NCBI GenBank assembly: GCA_977030845.1
Contig: OZ365114.1
Span: 19,964,001-20,028,000 of the forward strand
Direction of reading: 5' to 3'
Source of the DNA: Fimbriosthenelais zetlandica
Lineage: Eukaryota
DNA length: 64,000 bases
Below, piece by piece: positions 61,441 to 64,000 of the stretch. The position numbers and the translations under genes are program-made. The notes beneath the pieces are model-generated. The model did no database searches and was not told the origin of the DNA. It was given only the letters and a program-made list of their open reading frames with translations. Within the stretch, counting starts at the first letter, position 1, and the number at the start of each line of letters is the position of its first letter.

Positions 61441-63399
61441 TTTTATCTAATTTGGATTTCTGACCAATTTCCTGACATAACCCTTTGTTCGCTGAACAGA
61501 TTTTATATTATGGACTTCATTCTTAGCCTACACTGTACTATACTATAGCTCCTTTCTTGCTATCATAAAGCTGTGCTTTGAATTAATTACACTCTCTACT
61601 GGGCGTCCAGAATAAAATTGTAGCAGCTCATTAGTGAGTATTATTGCAATTATTGGTGAGAGCTGGTGATCATTCATTATCCACAGACTGATGAGGCAGT
61701 ATCCCGGCCCTCGTGTGATCGATTACATAATCCTTGATGAAGATTGTGGCATCTAACGTACAGATCTCAATCCCAGCCTGGGACTTCACATTCATTAAAT
61801 TTGACGAGTCAGGGAACAGTTATATTGGTGTCTTGCAATTCATTCATGAAATTTAACAAAACAATGAAGAGATGCATCAGATCTTTTGTCGTTTATGAAC
61901 TCAAGGATGATTGGAGTTTGACTTTTCCCCATTAAGTGTGCATGTCCATGCATGCCCATATCCAGTTATTCACGTATTACTCAATCTGTGGCCAGAATCA
62001 ACAGAATGGCTGAATGAGTTGCCAGGATTCTGAGAGGTACAGGCTATAGTATGGGCAAGGTTCCATTGAAACACACCAGGCTGAATTAAACTAGCTATAG
62101 AGCTAGCTCTCCAGCCATCAATAATAATATTGATGGGCACAATGTCATTAGATGCAAATCGTTGGCTCGATACTGCTATAATACGGTACGGTCAGTTATT
62201 TAGTGTGCATTGATTTTCAAAACAGCAGATGTGTTACTCATTATGATTACAAAATCAATGTGAGTGGTGCAGGAGGCATATAGTATATATAGAAGAGAGA
62301 GTAGGCCCCGGGTGGTTTTCCCAATCAATGCAGCCTTGTTCACCACAGCTGAAGGGGATTGCAGCTCTAGGCCTTGCCCTATTTACGAGCGTATTGAATC
62401 TGAAGGCACAAACTGTACTGCTTCGTTTTTTGTAGTTCCTAAAAAAAATCATATAATTGTTTTCTTGCTAACATAATTCAAGGGGTAATGAAATAGTGGG
62501 TCGTCATGAAATGAGAGCAGAATGATATGCCTACCTTTCCATTATTAGGAAGGTAAGCAGTGTGTAGAACAATGCTGCATCATCAGGATTCTTTCTGAAT
62601 CAATACACCCACCTGTAATATAATATTTCCATGAACCACGCCACCATTCCTGCTACAATGCACCGTTTTTTGAAGTGTCTTTCATAGTAACTTGGTGATT
62701 CATGAATTTACTGCTGTGACAACTTTCTGTTCACACCCCCATCTCATCCCCAGCATTCATATACCAAGTGAGTCAGAGAAGGCAGTGAGGAGGCCAGTAT
62801 TTACTCTCCATATGTTCCTGAAGCAGGATCCGCCCCAGGACTCTCCCACTCCACTCCAAATTACAGTACTTGCTGCAAGCTTCATTTGTTGACATCTAAA
62901 CCATAAATACCTATAATTCACCCGGACATGATCATTACTATAGAATGATTCAGCCAGTCAGCCATGCTCTTCACAGCTCTGTAGGAAGAGCTTCATACAA
63001 CTTCTCAATGGTCTGAGCACTGCTTGTATAGATACATGTGCCAGGCTCACAATGATGCTTTCAGAGTGAGCAGTAGTAGATGACTGAATCATTTATAATG
63101 CTGGTGTGCAAGTTACAAGTTACCTTGATGGACTTAGTCCAAAAGGGACACACACATGCATCATTAGTAGCTTGGATCAGTGGCCGAGGTGCCAGTTTAC
63201 TTTAGTAATTCACAACCTTGTCAAGAAATTCCCGGAAAGAATTTCGCTCAATTTTTGCTGATACTAGAGTTTTTCTTGGGATTTATGCCAATCTGTTACT
63301 ATTCGGTACAGTGGCACTAATTCAGTACTTTATAGCCCAACGTTCAGTGCTATAGTAGGGAATTGAACACTTAATGGTTATCATCTAATGGTGAGCTAC

Positions 63400-63760
63400 T
63401 GGATCTATGCAACTGTGTCCACCTTACTTTAACTTTCCATGTACAACATATAAAATATGCATCATTTGTGTGTGCTGAAAAGCCTAAATATTTTAACATA
63501 GAATATTCATAAAGCACTTTCAGCCAAGTCTGCCGTGATAAAATAATGGCATTCTCAGCACTTTTTGTCTGTGCCTTTATTTCGGCCAAATATATTCCAA
63601 ATAACCTTGTTATTTTGGCATACTTTCCATAAGGAGTGGTTTGAGTCTGCTCACTCACATAACAGATGTATTGTCTGGTGGTTATTATACTGCGGTGGCA
63701 GGTATATGGATGGCCTTGTTGTTTACACTGCCAGTAGCTATGTTAAGCACCAGTATCCCA
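63400..63760 (-). mobile_element. Possible Penelope-like GIY-YIG remnant in Shaw intron 1
   Basis: YTC...QYICYVSEQT...SRQTWLKVL resembles tC...vIY..C...YVGeT...rE..WI..L. Confidence 0.33.
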
Positions 63761-64000
63761 GTCTCTTCAGTGCCAGTCCTATTTGTTATTACAAGTCCTG
63801 CTGGCTTATGAAAACAAGCAATGGCAATCTTTGTATATCGTGTCCTAAAGCGTGACCAGGGTTTGTCTACATCCACTGTTGGCATGGCTTGTCACTGGGA
63901 GCACCTGGGTGAAGGTGAAAGGGGGTCTGTACTACATACCTCTATCTAAACCACTACAAATATCCACTACGGTATCTCACTCATGTTTAAAAACAGAAAA

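Noticed and set aside
63605-63809. Hydrophobic open frame as Shaw exon 2 (S1 onwards)
   Set aside because: No resemblance to Shaw S1 (FFICvSilSFCLKTHP), only a weak AAG acceptor, and the opposite strand looks like a GIY-YIG relic

Overview
Animal (bilaterian invertebrate) genomic DNA, roughly 40% GC by eye and CpG-poor. The only gene I can support is the first coding exon of a Shaw/Kv3 (KCNC-family) voltage-gated K+ channel (57600-58109, + strand; T1 tetramerisation domain up to just before S1). Its phase-0 intron runs past the window end. The 57 kb upstream looks like a gene desert. It contains more than 20 heavily decayed transposon remnants (Penelope-like, Gypsy, L1/Tx1, CR1/L2, RTE, Harbinger, Academ-like, a hAT-type MITE). 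All were recognised by eye from frameshifted motif fragments, so their boundaries are approximate. Between them lie short CpG-retaining islands rich in transcription-factor-like motifs. The strongest lead is the Shaw 5' end: a weak-context upstream ATG followed by a strong in-exon splice donor in the same phase as the Shaw intron-1 donor, which predicts either an overlapping uORF or a T1-less channel isoform. Other leads are a promoter-like module built from paired inverted motifs, clusters of E-box/CRE, Onecut and RFX motifs, and a CpG gradient inside the exon. I found no prokaryotic system, CRISPR array, rRNA or intact tRNA. No database search or statistical test was run; all motif and family assignments need checking.
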